Assembly: GCF_006345805.1 (NCBI RefSeq)
Contig: NC_043006.1
Location: forward strand, 33,046,001-33,110,000
From: Octopus sinensis
Lineage: Eukaryota
Reading direction: 5' to 3'
Length of the DNA stretch: 64,000 bases
Positions 1-13,278 of the stretch are shown here, one piece after another; position 1 is the first letter of the stretch, and every line of letters begins with the position of its first letter. The notes under the pieces are model-generated. The model was not told the DNA's origin and made no database searches. It saw only the letters and a list, made by a program, of their open reading frames with translations. Both the position numbers and the translations under genes were made by a program.

Positions 1-954
1 AAGGTGTAAAGAATACAAAAAGTATTGAATTTCGTGTACGTAAGAGCTATAGAAATTTATAGATAATGACATACAACCTATTACTATTTGCAAAAACGTA
101 TCTGTAGAATTTTTGTAACCTTTATTTTTGGAGATGTTCTCAATGTATGGTTAGTTATGTTGAAGTCGGCCCCGTAAGTTGGCTCAGCGTCAAACGTATA
201 AGATAAATTGGATTTTACTTGATATTTGATGTAACAATGGCTGAATATATAGGTCGCTTCTGATGACAGTATATCCACTTGGAGAATGAGAACTTTGTTT
301 CTGTGATTAAACGTTTTGATTCTAGATTTAGTCCTTTCTGAATTTTAGAGGTTCACAATTGTGGAGGAATTGGTATAGATTTTTCTGTACTTATGTCAAG
401 TAGGAAAATTCTGACCAAACTGAAAAGTGTTCCCATATCCTTGACTACATTTATCAAAAAATACATCAAGGATTATGCCACGTTATTTATTTATCAGTGT
501 AATAAAATCCATCAAAAATATTTCGGATCATTCTTTTCTATCAGTGTCATTATATTTATCGAGAGTAAAAACTGAGGACTATAGGCCAAGGTCTAACTAT
601 CTCATGCCTTAAAAGTCAGCTCTGTATACTTATTGGATTTAAAAAGTCTCAATGCACGGTGGAGTATCCTAGCTACGCTATCAAATGGATCATTCGAGAT
701 TATGGAATTTCACTGGTTCGAATTATTTGGTAGATTTCTAAGGAGACTCACTGGGTGTTTTGAATCGTTTGTCTACATATAATATTCAGTTGTTATTCAT
801 ATAATGTGCAGTAGGAAATTTACGCTGGTTTTGGCTGATAGTTGCAGCTAAAAGGTTAAATGTTTGTAAGTACTGACGGCAACTTTTAGCTCCAAATTAT
901 TGGACGCTTTTATTAGGTTCTTCTGATGGTTCTCGTGGAGGTTAATGATATTCA

Positions 955-1160
955 TTTCTACTCTAGACACAAGGCCGGCATTTTGGAGGAAGAGGGCCAG
1001 TCGATTAGATCGACTCCAGTACTCAACAGGTACTTAATTTATCTACCCCGAAAGGATGTAAGGCAAAATCGACCTCGGCAGAATTTGAACTCAGAACATG
1101 AAGACAGAGGAAATACCGCTAAGCATTTTGCATGGTGTGCTAACGTTTCTGCCAACTTGC
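955..1160 (-). mobile_element. SINE family B
   Basis: Reverse complement of gctggcagaaacgttagc..ttctgagttcaaattccgccgaggtcgactttgcctttcatcc. Confidence 0.8.
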
Positions 1161-1249
1161 AGCCTTGTGGAGGTTAATGATATTGAAACCTCTCTGAAGC
1201 TACAAACGTACACCTATACAGACTGCTATATTAGTACCAGTAATAACTG

Positions 1250-1305
<56 letters not shown>

Positions 1306-1306
<1 letters not shown>

Positions 1307-2921
1307 TTGGACTTGAGAAGTGTGCCAAGGCCACTTTCCAGAAAGGGAAAGTGAAGACCACAAATTCAGTCGTGTTAGATGTTGACACATTCATAAGAGA
1401 GCTTGAGCAAGAACAAACATACAAATATTTAGGGATAAATGAAGGCTCTGGTATTCAGCATGCAAGCATGAAAGAGAAAATCAGGAAGGAATGTTATAGG
1501 AGAGTTCGTGCAGTCCTGAAATCTGAACTAAATGCACGTAACAAGGTGTTAGCTATAAATTCCTTAGCAGTTCCAGTTGTTACTTATAGCTACAATGTGT
1601 TGAACTGGAATATGAGTGAAGTAAAGAATATAGATAGAAAAATACGCAAGCTGCTCAGTTGTAATAGGATGCACCACCCAAAGGCAGACGTAGATCGCTT
1701 TACCTTCCCAGAGCCCAAGGAGGTCGAGGCCTGATCCAATTTGAACTAGCTTACAAAACAACCACAATTGGACTGGCCAAATATCTCGAAATATCGAATG
1801 ACTGGATGCTAAAGCTCGTGGAAAATCACGAGAGACGAAAGAAGCTTCATTCTATCATAAAGGAAAGCAAAAAATTTGCTATTGATCTCGTGCAGGATAC
1901 CCAAACTGAACAACCCGAGGGAAGTACGGCAACTATTGTTGCAAAGAAGGTGAAAATGATGGCAATGAAGAAAGCGCACGAGCAATTGGCTGATAGGTGG
2001 GAGGAGAAAACTCTGCACGGCAAATATGTGACCAGCAGCAAACAAGCTGATGTTGACCAGAAGCAAACCCATCAGTGGCTACGGAGCTTAGGGCTAAAAG
2101 CAGAGAGCGAAGGTTTCATCCTGGCTGCTCAAGATCAAAGCCTATTAACCCGGAACTACCAGGCCAATGTGATGAAAAATGGAGCAGACCCAAAATGCCG
2201 ATTCTGCAACGACATGATTGAAACAGTGGACCACCTAATCTCTGGATGTAAGGTCTTAGCACCAGTGGAGTATAAATTAAGACATGACAGAGTTGGCCAA
2301 TATCTCCACTGGCTAATAAGTCGCCATTACAATATCAAAACTGCCGACAAGTGGTATAATCACCACCCTGAGGCTGTAACTGAAGGAGAAAATGTAACCA
2401 TTCTGTGGGACTTTCCAGTACATACAGACCGAACCATCAAGGCCAATAAACCAGATATTGTTGTGAAAGACCAAAACAATAAAGTTTGCTTATTGATCGA
2501 CATGAGCATCCCCTGTGATCATAATATCTCAACGAAAGAGTTTGACAAGCTCAGAAAATATAAAGACCTACTCATTGAAATTGAGAAAATGTGGCATCTC
2601 AAGGCGGTTACAATACCAGTGATCGTAGGAGCACTAGGAATGATCAAGAAGGGAACCGAAAATTATATGAGAATGATCCCTGGCTTACCATCCCTGCAAG
2701 AAGTGCAAAAGATTGTCTTAACTGGTACATCACACGTATTGAGAAGAGCATTGTCGATGTGAGAACTGTTGCTGCTCATGTATTTTAATTTAACTTAAAA
2801 ATTTTTTTTTTAAAGTGAACGAACTATTGAGTTTGGTTTAATGGCCTACCAATGTATACTATGAGTTTCTTTGTCGGGAAGACACTCGGCAAGAAATGGA
2901 AGCAAATTTGAAAGAAGAAAA
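1306..2921 (+). mobile_element. 5'-truncated R4/Dong-clade non-LTR retrotransposon (RT C-terminus, CCHC knuckle, RLE endonuclease), one frameshift
   Basis: Frame FGLEKCAK..YKYLGI..NKVLAINSLAVPVVTYS, shifting at ~1700 (DR[L]YLPRAQGGRGL). Then ..CRFC..ETVDHLISGC..RHDRV..ANKPDIVVKD..LIDMSIP..KYKDL..IPVIVGALG, stop at 2762. (TAA)n arrays on both sides. Confidence 0.93.
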
Positions 2922-2923
2922 AA

Positions 2924-2957
<34 letters not shown>

Positions 2958-3238
2958 GATACCAGGAAACACCAAAATGGCAGAAATTCAAAAGATAGTG
3001 CTCATGGGAACTGCTCATATCCTACACAAAATACTCTCTATGGAATCTCAAGGTTTAAAACAAACTTTTTTTTTTAAATTTATTTATTAGACATTCACTA
3101 GTACAACACAAAAAAACCCCAAATATATGGCACACTAGGCATAACAACAACGTGAACTTCCAACCTGTTGTCTCTTGAGGTCTCTGGGTGAGACTTGGAG
3201 CCAACTTGTACAAACATAAAGCAAAAGTCAAACATAGA
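2958..3238 (+). mobile_element. 3' end of a second, divergent R4/Dong-type family
   Basis: Translates IPGNTKMAEIQKIVLMGTAHILHKILSM, paralogous to the C-terminus MIPGLPSLQEVQKIVLTGTSHVLRRALSM of the upstream copy. Followed by a different 3' UTR and (TAA)n. Confidence 0.85.
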
Positions 3239-3304
3239 ATAATAATAATAATAATAATAGTAATAATAATAATAATAAGAAGAAGAAGAAGAAGAAGAAG
3301 AAGA

Positions 3305-3373
<69 letters not shown>

Positions 3374-3401
3374 GAAGAAAAAGAACAACAACAACAACAA
3401 C

Positions 3402-3456
<55 letters not shown>

Positions 3457-3464
3457 TAATAATA
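3239..3464. repeat. Compound trinucleotide microsatellite (TAA)n(GAA)n(CAA)n(TAA)n
   Basis: Read directly; source of several spurious ORFs. Confidence 0.95.
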
Positions 3465-3826
3465 AAAAGAGCACTCAGAGGGCGGAAACCTCCGCCGAGG
3501 CAACACCAACATCCCCTCAACGATTAGCCGGAGATGGTTTTTTAAATGGCAATATCTGAAATAATCTCGACTGCTCTCACAAACGAGAACACTAAAAATT
3601 AACCCGACCGCTCTCAAAAATTAAATAAAAAACAGGAAAAATAATCCCGATTCCTTATCCGGTACCAGATCGATCCCAAAATCTAATCGGTTCGTGTCAG
3701 TCACGAGACTAATCATCCTGAAAGTTTCATCCAAATCCATCCAGTAGTGCTTGAGACAACTTGTCCACGGACAAACAAATAAACACGACTACAAACGATA
3801 CCTCCGCCTTCGCTAAGGCGGAGATA
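3465..3826. mobile_element. Non-autonomous interspersed element with subterminal ACCTCCGCC repeats and a terminal GC hairpin (Helentron/DINE-like; class uncertain)
   Basis: aaacctccgccgagg near the left end and acctccgccttcgctaaggcggag hairpin at the right end; sits between (TAA)n arrays. Confidence 0.5.
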
Positions 3827-3837
3827 ATAATAATAGA

Positions 3838-4372
3838 TGCCCTGATTCAGTACCAGGCAGTGGCTCTCATGGCTTCTTCTGATCTTAACTGATTGAAACT
3901 GTTATCATGTACGTTGTTTTGTCTTGTTATAAAAGATGGGCTACAGCAAATATTCTGCTCAATACCACAGATTAGCTTGTCAGTTGTTTGACCTTAACCA
4001 GTTGAGCATGCCCCTTAGTGGCTGACGATATGTGCATCTCTGATCACGAGTAGAAGTAGTGGGGAAGAATCATAGCCATGTGCTGAGAGGAATTCTTTGG
4101 GATTTTAATAATTCACCTCTGGAAACATGGATGTTTCGTTCAAAATCCTTAAACAACAATTATTTCGGGACATTTTGAACTGGGTGGGGGCTACCTGAAG
4201 ATATTTCTAACTGGGCCCCACCTGTAAGGCCATGCGCTGTTTATCTCGATATGATTTCACTATGTCGTGCACATATGGTTGTGATGAATGTGCCTGGTGT
4301 ATCCTTATGAAACATGATGGTTATGCTGGACTTCGTATATTTATACCACACCGTCACTTAGATGGTATGCAC
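3838..4372 (+). mobile_element. Interspersed repeat (probable retroelement 3' region) between (TAA)n and (TAG)n
   Basis: Its last ~90 nt (tgtgcctggtgta..catgatgg..cttcgtatatt..gtcact..gatgg) recur at 15192-15303, also within (TAA)n. Confidence 0.6.
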
Positions 4373-4384
4373 TAGTAGTAGTAC

Positions 4385-4432
<48 letters not shown>

Positions 4433-4735
4433 CAGCAGCAGCAGCAGCAGTAATAGTAGCAGCAGCAGCAGCATTGGTGGTAGTATATATATATCAATCT
4501 TCTAGCCTCAGATTTATAGGTGATAAAAAGATAAATAAATTAGAAATGAATTACAATCCTTACGGCCCTATGACACCAGTACGCTCCATGCGATTCTAAG
4601 AAACTGTATTCTATTCTTAGCCACTTTGCTACAGTAGCGACAACATGAATTTCTTCCATCTTCATACTCTTTTAAAATATTTAAGAAAAATCCTATTAAT
4701 GTGTCCAACTTATAAAAAAAATTTCATATATTTTG

Positions 4736-4821
4736 TGCAGCTGAAGATGGCACTGCATTTAAATCGATTTAATGATTGCATTGTTCAGTTAATTTACGCC
4801 GATTGAAACGGTCGTACTGCA
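4736..4821 (+). ncRNA. Degenerate hammerhead-like motif with long stem II insert
   Basis: UGCAG-CUGAAGA-(57 nt, UGGC..GCCG+AUU)-GAAA-CGGUCG-UA^CUGCA. Stem I is perfect; the stem II closing pair is lost. Confidence 0.45.
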
Positions 4822-5341
4822 TCACTACTTGATAACCTGTTGCGGATTTTGATTATCTAAATATATCTATATTTATGACATCTACACAGAAATACATGGA
4901 TGTGAATATGTGTATTTGTTTGTATATTACACAGGTGATGCATATGTTATCATTAAGGTGTTATTATGAAAGCCTTAAAGAGATTTGCATGTTGCTTTTA
5001 GCAATCACACCTGTCAGTCTTGCTCCTTGAGATTTTTCTTCTATCTTATATTGAAATCTTTCAGAAACCGCCTCTCAGCTCCGAAAGAAATAGCTATGAT
5101 GGTAACAGTGGATCTATTTGTGAATGTAAAGAACGATGATAATAATATTTTATGTGAGTGTTTGTGTGTGTTTGTGTGTGTGCGTGTGCGTATGTGTGTG
5201 CATTTGGCATATTTGCGTGTATGTGGTTGTATGTATTTATAGACATTACATTTATATTTATACATATATACTCATATGTATATATAAGATATACATGTAT
5301 ATTTGTATATATATATATATATATATATAGATATATATATA

Positions 5342-5424
<83 letters not shown>

Positions 5425-6500
5425 TACATGTGTGTGTCTATGTGTTTGTATGAGTGTGTGTGTGTGAGTTTATTCATATGTGTATGTATGTGCATACCCA
5501 GGGCCATATGTTTTGCATATACATGCGTGTACTTTGGAATCCCTTCATTGCAGAAATTATTCCCTCCGTTTATTCTGATACTCCTCTTTGAAAAAAATCA
5601 TATATTCGCCATTTTAAATCATTTATTTATTTATTTAAACTTCACACTAAGTGGGGAATATTTTTGCACACAGTTATTTTCTTTCATTAATGTAATACAG
5701 AGTTATTCTATTTATTCCACCACCTAAGTTTAGCCTCTTCTTCATAGGTTTTAACAAGTTTCAAGCAATTTTTCTACCATTACGTTCTCATTTATATGCG
5801 TATGTATATGTTGTTGTTAATATTATAATATATATCATTAAGTACAACTAATACTGTTAAGTTTTTTTCCCAAATCCCTTTTTAGCAATGATGTTATCAT
5901 AACCGAAATATGCTAGAAAATCGGGGTTTTTTGGGGGTTTTTTTTTTCATTAAACTTTATTACTTTGCTCTCTGAAAAACTCTATTTCTCGTATTCTTCC
6001 ACAAATCGAAACATTTCCTTAAATGGTGAGCATGGGGAGCTCTGGTTTTCAATACAGATACAAATACAAGTTGTTACCAAAAGTTTATATTTAAAATTGA
6101 AAATTATCCTCTTCAAAATATCACTTGAAATATTATAGGAAAACGTGTTCAAGATAATAATACGTTTGAAACCAATTCCTAAATGGAGTAATGTAATACT
6201 ATGTTATGATAATAACATACAATTTTTGCAACGTGATAAGATTAAGTTTCTACGAAATACAGAATTCATACTTTTATTATATTATTTATAGTTCTTTGTA
6301 ACTTTTGTAAAATTTGAATATAACTTACCACCGAATATGTCACCGACTTATTAAACACACCAAAGAATTGTGTAATTTTTTTAAGTTGATTTACCGAAAC
6401 ATGTGTATGTTATATGGAGTTTAGGACATCAAGTATCAAATATCTGTATTATACACACACACGCACACGCACGCACACACACACACACACACATATCACA

Positions 6501-6970
6501 CAGGCGTGGCTATGAGATAAGAAGTTTGCTCTCCGACCACATGGTTCCTGGATCACTCCCACTGCGTAGCTCTTTGGGCAAGTGTTATTAGTATAGCTCC
6601 GAGCCTGGAATGGATTTGGTGTATATATATGTGTGTGTATGAGTGTATGTTCGTGTATGTATGAGTATATGTGCGTGTGTGTTGGTTGATGGGTTTGTGT
6701 GAGCGCGTGTGGGGGGTGTAAGAAGGACAAAAGAGAAAGAAAGAAAGAAAGAAAGAAAGAGCGTGTGTGTGTATGTTTCCGCCATCGCTTAACAACCGGT
6801 GCTGGTTTGTTTACGTTCCTCTAAGTTAACGGTCCATCAAAAGAAAGAACTGATAAAATACGTATCCAGCTTTAAAAGCACAACAACTGAGTTCGATTTA
6901 TTCGACTAAAATACCTTGAGGGCGATGCTCCAGCATGATCGCAGACTAATGATTGAAACAAGTAAAAAGA
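6501..6970 (+). mobile_element. SINE family A (tRNA-type head, central microsatellite, LINE-like tail)
   Basis: Diverged match to the consensus seen at 27142-27533. Confidence 0.8.
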
Positions 6971-9229
6971 TATATGTATGCATGCATGCATGCATGTTTA
7001 TGTGCAGCACTGTGTGCATTCATCTATTCACGCATTTAAAACTACGAATGTATTTCCCTATTCCTGCTGCAAGCTACTTTTGCTAAAACAATATAATAAT
7101 GTTCTCCGTTGGAAAGATTGTCTGGAAATAAATATGAAAATATGACGTTCAGTATATTTATTCTTTCCAGCAAAAAAGTTATTGCTAGAATATTCCCATT
7201 GAAGCTTCCATCAAATATAAACAAAGCAGTCCTTAGGTATTTGTTTTGGACGCAACATGAAAGTGTGTTACTGTACTGTTGTACACGTTAAGCGATAACG
7301 TTTCATTTAGAATAAGTCATAAAGGCACGTTTATGGACAAATACTACGTAACCTATAAATTCTCCATTCAGATTATAAATTTACATTTTTTCTTGTAGTT
7401 ATTGTCGGATTCGCTTATGTTACTCAGATTTAAGGGACAGTTATATGTAAATAAAGCATTTGCTCTGGGACAGAAAAACAGACGAATACATATTCATTTG
7501 TTTCGAGTTAGTATAAAAAATAGTGAATTTATACAAGCGATTTCTTCCATTCTCTAAGCATTCCCTTAACAAATGTTGTCGAAATATTCCAAAGAGGAAT
7601 TTTTATTTCATTGTTTGAAACCAAATCTTGCTTTATAAGAAGAATTCGAAGAATTAAACAGGAAAACATCCACACAACCATACGAATTTCAGTCCTGTTG
7701 AAAAGAATTTCTAGCGCGCAAGTCCGACTCCTGCTTCGTTACGCAAATTTTCTGTCGTGACTAGCAGTTAGCTCTCGCTCACATGGACGAGCAAAGGTGG
7801 GATACAGAAATACTCTCAAAACAACCTTTAAAAAGTGTAACTTAGAACAGTCTGTTTGTGAATATGTTGCTCAAGATCGCTTGCTGTAGCATAGTGTCGT
7901 CTGTTTTGGAGTACAGCACTCACAGAAATGATTAGAGATGCTAAAGAGAAGAGAGTTTTATGGGAAGCAAGAATCCTACCACACTTTCATTCTGCTAAGT
8001 TACCCCACTGTAGTCAAGGATTTCATGGTAATATTGGAATAATAAGTCACCTCACGACCCGCACAGAGTAAAGCTGATAATGTGATCGTCTTCAATATAT
8101 GAAGAAGGAATGTATAACGAATGAAACATAGAAGTAGAAATCGAATGTAAGTTATGTACCCAACGATACGTTGACTAGGAAGTGACACAATTCAATCATT
8201 ATTTCAATCTATGCTTACAATAGCTAATTATATTCGATGGAGGAATATAATTCAATGTTCGAAATGTTGCATATCTGATTCCAAGACTAGAGTGTTTAGC
8301 ACTGACTACACGAAGATGTGTTGAAATAAATGTCATTTTAATGAAGTATTCTTTGAACTCAATGCAATTCCATTTATACCCATGTTCGTCATAAACAGCC
8401 TGTTGCCATTTCGCCATATGATAATGAAGTGTGAAAAGCAAAGTGTTTGCTCTTGGAGCTGAATGAAACTGTCATTAACTCTGACATTAACAACCTACTA
8501 AATCACGTGTCTTGTGATGCAATTTTGTCATAGTTATATGCATTTCGTTTGCTTTGTAGTATCAAAGAAAAAAAAATTTCTTCGAAGACAATGCATCATG
8601 AATCCGTCTTGCCACTTTAAACACTCGTGTTAATTATAATTTCTTTGCGCAGACAAAATATGACGTGTGGATATTTGCGGAGAAGAAAACATTTCAATGC
8701 TTTTATTGATCGACACAATCCCCGCAAAAAATTTAAATCGGAACTTGATCATCAATTAAATGAATATTTTTCTAACTAACATTGTTGGTAATGAAATGAT
8801 TTGCTAAAGCTATTGACAAGAAACAATGCAATGGAATACGTCACAAATTAATGAACATTTTACACGCCATTACAATGCAAGCATTCAAACCAATCATGCA
8901 ACAACGATAGAGAAATTTTCAAACATGCATCTTCTTTCCCAAGCTCTTTTAACAAATATAAAGAATATTAGGAAAGAAGTCGTATCAATAGGAACACCTG
9001 CTATTTCAATAGCGCAATATTCTTTCATTTAAACTTGTACCAGTAATTGAAGATGGCCCATCTAGAGCACCAGCGAATTCTTAAATCAAATATATCGATC
9101 CTACGGCTTTGTCAGTTATTTCTATTCTTTATGTCGTAACGGACGACAATTACGTCAACCCCGGCGTAACACAAATGTACATAAATGTACATATATATAC
9201 ACACATGCATGCTCGCACACACGCTCACA

Positions 9230-9361
9230 TGTACACACGTAAGTATGAGATAAGAAGTCCCATTGCGTTTCCACTTGAGTAAGTGTCTTCTACTGTAGCC
9301 TCGGATCGACCAAAGCCTTGTGAGTGGATTTGATAGACGGAAACTGAAACAAGCCCGTCGC

Positions 9362-9408
<47 letters not shown>

Positions 9409-9674
9409 GTGTACATATATAAATATATATATATACATATATTATGTATGGATGCATGTATATGTGTATATATATACATGTATGTATATATAATAATATA
9501 TATATGTATGTGCGTGTGTGTGTGGGTATATATGCCCATTACCCGTTTTTCATCTCCGATCTCATTTCTTATTTCCATCGGACGTCTCGTATTCGAAACA
9601 TTGTTATAAAATTCAGTGGTGGCTATAATTTCTGTAGGACATCCGTAAAGATAACCTTAAAAAAGTAATATATA

Positions 9675-9707
<33 letters not shown>

Positions 9708-9715
9708 TGTGTGTG

Positions 9716-9752
<37 letters not shown>

Positions 9753-9960
9753 TTTGCCGTCAATCTTCTTCCTCCACAACCGCTTCACAATCAGTGTTGA
9801 TGTGTTTACGTCCCCGTAACTTAGCGAACCGACAAAAGACACATATACACTTAAACAAAAAATAAGCACGTGGGTCGATTCTTCAAGAAATTCTTCAGGG
9901 CGATGCCCCAGCATGGCTGAATCAAGTACAATGACCGACTGGGTCAGATATAAAGATAAA
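9230..9960 (+). mobile_element. SINE family A, split by expanded (TA)n/(TG)n
   Basis: 5' half at ~9230-9360 (ttgtgagtggatt..ggaaactg); 3' half at ~9740-9960. Confidence 0.7.
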
Positions 9961-10374
9961 AAGGTAAATATATATCTGCAACGCAGACATACACAACACG
10001 TGCATTCACAGCAAACACACACACACACACACATTCGCATTTCTACCATTTACAGATAAGTTGAGATGAACCGAAAACACGGCAAAAGTCTGTGTGATAC
10101 AGCAAAAATCTTTGTGCAGCCCCATGCCGCTAGTGACTGCATTTGAATCATACAGTGTCATAAACTATGTCGCTCAAACATATATGGCTGTGCTTATCGT
10201 TCATATTGAAAATGTACGCCTTTTTGATTCTGAGAGCCACGAATTTGAATTGCACATCAATTGTGCATATATACTTTAAACACTGTGTCTAGCGTACCTA
10301 TTGCTCTACACATTGTGCATCATTGCATGATGAATTTGTAATGTCTCTGAACAGAACAGAAATATCAATAATTC

Positions 10375-10570
10375 ACGAGCTGGCAGAATTGTTAGTACAG
10401 TGGGGAAAATACTTAGCGGCATTTCATCCGTCGTTACGGTCTGAGTTCAAATTCTGCTGAAGTTGTCTTTACCTTTCATCCTTTCGTGATCGATGAAATA
10501 AGTACCAGTTCAATTCTGGAGTCCATGTAATCGTCTTACCCACCTCCACACCTCAGAATTTCCCGCTTTG
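10375..10570 (+). mobile_element. SINE family B
   Basis: gagctggcagaattgttag..ctgagttcaaatt..ctttcatcctttc..aagtaccag. Confidence 0.8.
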
Positions 10571-11171
10571 TGTTTATAGTAAAAAAAAAAGAATATTGAT
10601 AATTCGAGGAATGAATAAATGGAGTTGGCAGCATTGCTGTTTTTGGTATTGCTGTGTTAGTTTAAAACCAGGTCAGCCATGACCAAGTTAAACTTTTATC
10701 ACAAGGGTTCCAGAAGCTACCCACCCCGCTTTGGTTTTTGAGACAATGGGCATACATTAGCCAATAAGTTTTTTCGAGTTTTGAGGCAATAGTATGTAAC
10801 TGGAGTGAGGTTTAGCTGTAATTTCTAAACGGTCAAGAGACTACAGAAATTGTTACTTTGCTAATATATTTGCTGCATAAATCCCATCACAATACAGCAG
10901 TGACATCAGCGAATCAATTTGAAATAACTGCCTGACCTTGTTTGTTATAGGTGTTTATTCTATATGAAGCTGAAATATTTTATCTAGATATTGGTTTTAT
11001 CTGAGAGTAAATCTGTTATATGTCGTTAAATGTCTCGTAAAACCATCAATACATTTGCAAGTTATGCCAAAACCATTACAAATATAAATGGATAAATATG
11101 CGAATTGTATGATGAAGTCGATTAGATATGGATGTAAACTTTTATGTATGAGATCGTTATTATGCCTTTAA

Positions 11172-11233
<62 letters not shown>

Positions 11234-11264
11234 CATTATTACTATTATTGGTTTATAATTTTGC

Positions 11265-11440
11265 CACAAGGCCAGCAATTTTGATGGAGGGCTAAGTCGA
11301 TAATATCGACTCAAGTGCCCCATCGTTCCTTATTTTATCGAACCCGAAAAGCCGAAAAGTTGACTTCAGCGAAATTTGAACTCAGAATGTAAAGACAAAC
11401 GAAATGCCGCTAAGTGTTATGTCCGGTGTGCTAAGGATGC
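11265..11440 (-). mobile_element. SINE family B (diverged)
   Basis: aatttgaactcagaa, aaatgccgctaag motifs. Confidence 0.7.
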
Positions 11441-11463
11441 AGCGTGCTGACTTAATGATAATA

Positions 11464-11558
11464 ATAATTGAAGAGATGTAACCAAATGATACATGTATTT
11501 TGTACGAAATTTTACCGATTCTTCCATCTATCAATATCAATCAATCAATCGATCAAGA

Positions 11559-11635
<77 letters not shown>

Positions 11636-11660
11636 TGCTTCTTCTTGGACTTATTATTAA

Positions 11661-11700
<40 letters not shown>

Positions 11701-11770
11701 TGACAGACGGAAGAATCGGTAGAATTTCGTACAAAATACATGTATCATTTGGTTACATCTCTTCAATTAT
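11464..11770. repeat. Inverted repeat: ~70 bp unique arms extended by (AAT)n/(ATT)n
   Basis: ataattgaagagatgtaaccaaatgatac.. versus ..gtatcatttggttacatctcttcaattat; the ORF track gives MKRCNQMIHVFCTKFYRFF on both strands. Confidence 0.9.
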
Positions 11771-12672
11771 GTGTTCAAAACCTGCCAGTGTCAATCTTAC
11801 CTTTCCACCTTCCGAGTCGAGTATTAAGATTGATGTGAGAGCCACTATGACTGGAAACAAATAACGGAATAAACAAATAACGTTGTTGACAGAAACAAAT
11901 AAGGGAATAAATTAATTGTGTTAGAGCAGAGACTGCGTATCTGACTTTGGCACGCTCTACACACTAGTAAGACCAGCATGGACGATGTCCAACAGAGACC
12001 TCTGTTGGCTGATGTTTGCAAGAAAATATAGAAAGCGGAAGTAATAAGAAGGTTGCAATTTAATGTTTAGTGCACTTTTCAGTAGATGAGCTAAAGAACG
12101 AAGGAACAATAGGAAAGAGAGATGTGTGTCTTTTCTGAGTGGATTTTTATGTCCACCCCTTTGTATACAATATCAAGTGCTTCCTAATATATATGTAAAT
12201 ATGAATATATGCATGTTCAAAATGTCAGCAGATGCTTGAGTAGATGTAAAAATTACAGAGAAGCTGTGATAATATCCGTTGATTGTATCATGAACTTGAG
12301 TAAATTATTCTCAATGTAAAAAAAAAACGGCCATTTGTGTGTGGTTTAGAATCATTCCGTTTTATAGCTCTTCAGTCATCGGTAGCCCATTACCATCAAA
12401 ATTCCAAGCCTTGTCTCTATGTCGGTTATTCCAATTTTCGTACCATTTGAAAAACAATCCGTGAAAAAAAAAAAACATTGGACGGACGCTAAGAGCTTGG
12501 AATATCTAATGTTCTGGCAACATTATATGTTAGTTTGCCTTAAGAGTTCATAATAGCTTTATGTCAAGATACATAGTAACTTTTGAGAATTTAGTTTCGT
12601 GTTCATATTTAGAGAGTTTGTTGTACATCTCAAAAACACTTGAGATTATTGCTTCTTCTGTACTTAATGTCA

Positions 12673-12756
<84 letters not shown>

Positions 12757-12812
12757 ATATATACATGTAGATATATGTAATATGTATAATCTCCTGACAA
12801 TAGTACAGAAGC

Positions 12813-12850
<38 letters not shown>

Positions 12851-13001
12851 ACATATATATACATCGCCTCTAGCTAGCTATATCACACACAAACCTCCTG
12901 TGTCCAGTATAACCTTTGATCAGGCGATGTCCTCTTGGAGTTCATAAAGGGAAAAAACCCGAAGGGGTGAAAGTAATTCTAATAGCTCTTTTATTTGTCT
13001 T

Positions 13002-13062
13002 AGTAACTGACGAGATGCCGGATGGGATTTCCGCCCCGTCATCCGAAACTCTGAGTTTTATT
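13002..13062 (+). ncRNA. Type I hammerhead-like motif
   Basis: AGUAA-CUGACGA-GAUG.CGG..CCG.CAUCC-GAAA-CUC(U)GAG-UU^UUAUU; stem II has a bulge. Confidence 0.6.
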
Positions 13063-13245
13063 ATGGCAACCGAATAATTGTCACATATTATATCACAGGT
13101 ACACACACTTTGGGTATGGTAAATGAGTTCAGCAAAAATGTTAATTCAGATGAATATGGTACTTAAGTTGAGGCATCAGAATTTAGTACGGTATTATCCA
13201 TACAATTTCAAAGTAAGGTGATATATATGTGTGTGGGGGTGGGGG

Positions 13246-13278
<33 letters not shown>

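Noticed and set aside
84-900. Non-repetitive region with faint Penelope-RT-like words (..RF.DD..W)
   Set aside because: Too degraded; no continuous frame.
3055-3617. Long poly-L/I/Y/E/S ORFs here and throughout the track
   Set aside because: Translations of (TAA)n, (GAA)n, (TA)n, (TG)n, (GATA)n and (TATG)n microsatellites.
7740-8450. Short ORFs on both strands in unique-looking sequence
   Set aside because: No recognisable domain or convincing splice pair; the missing TM3 exon was not found here.
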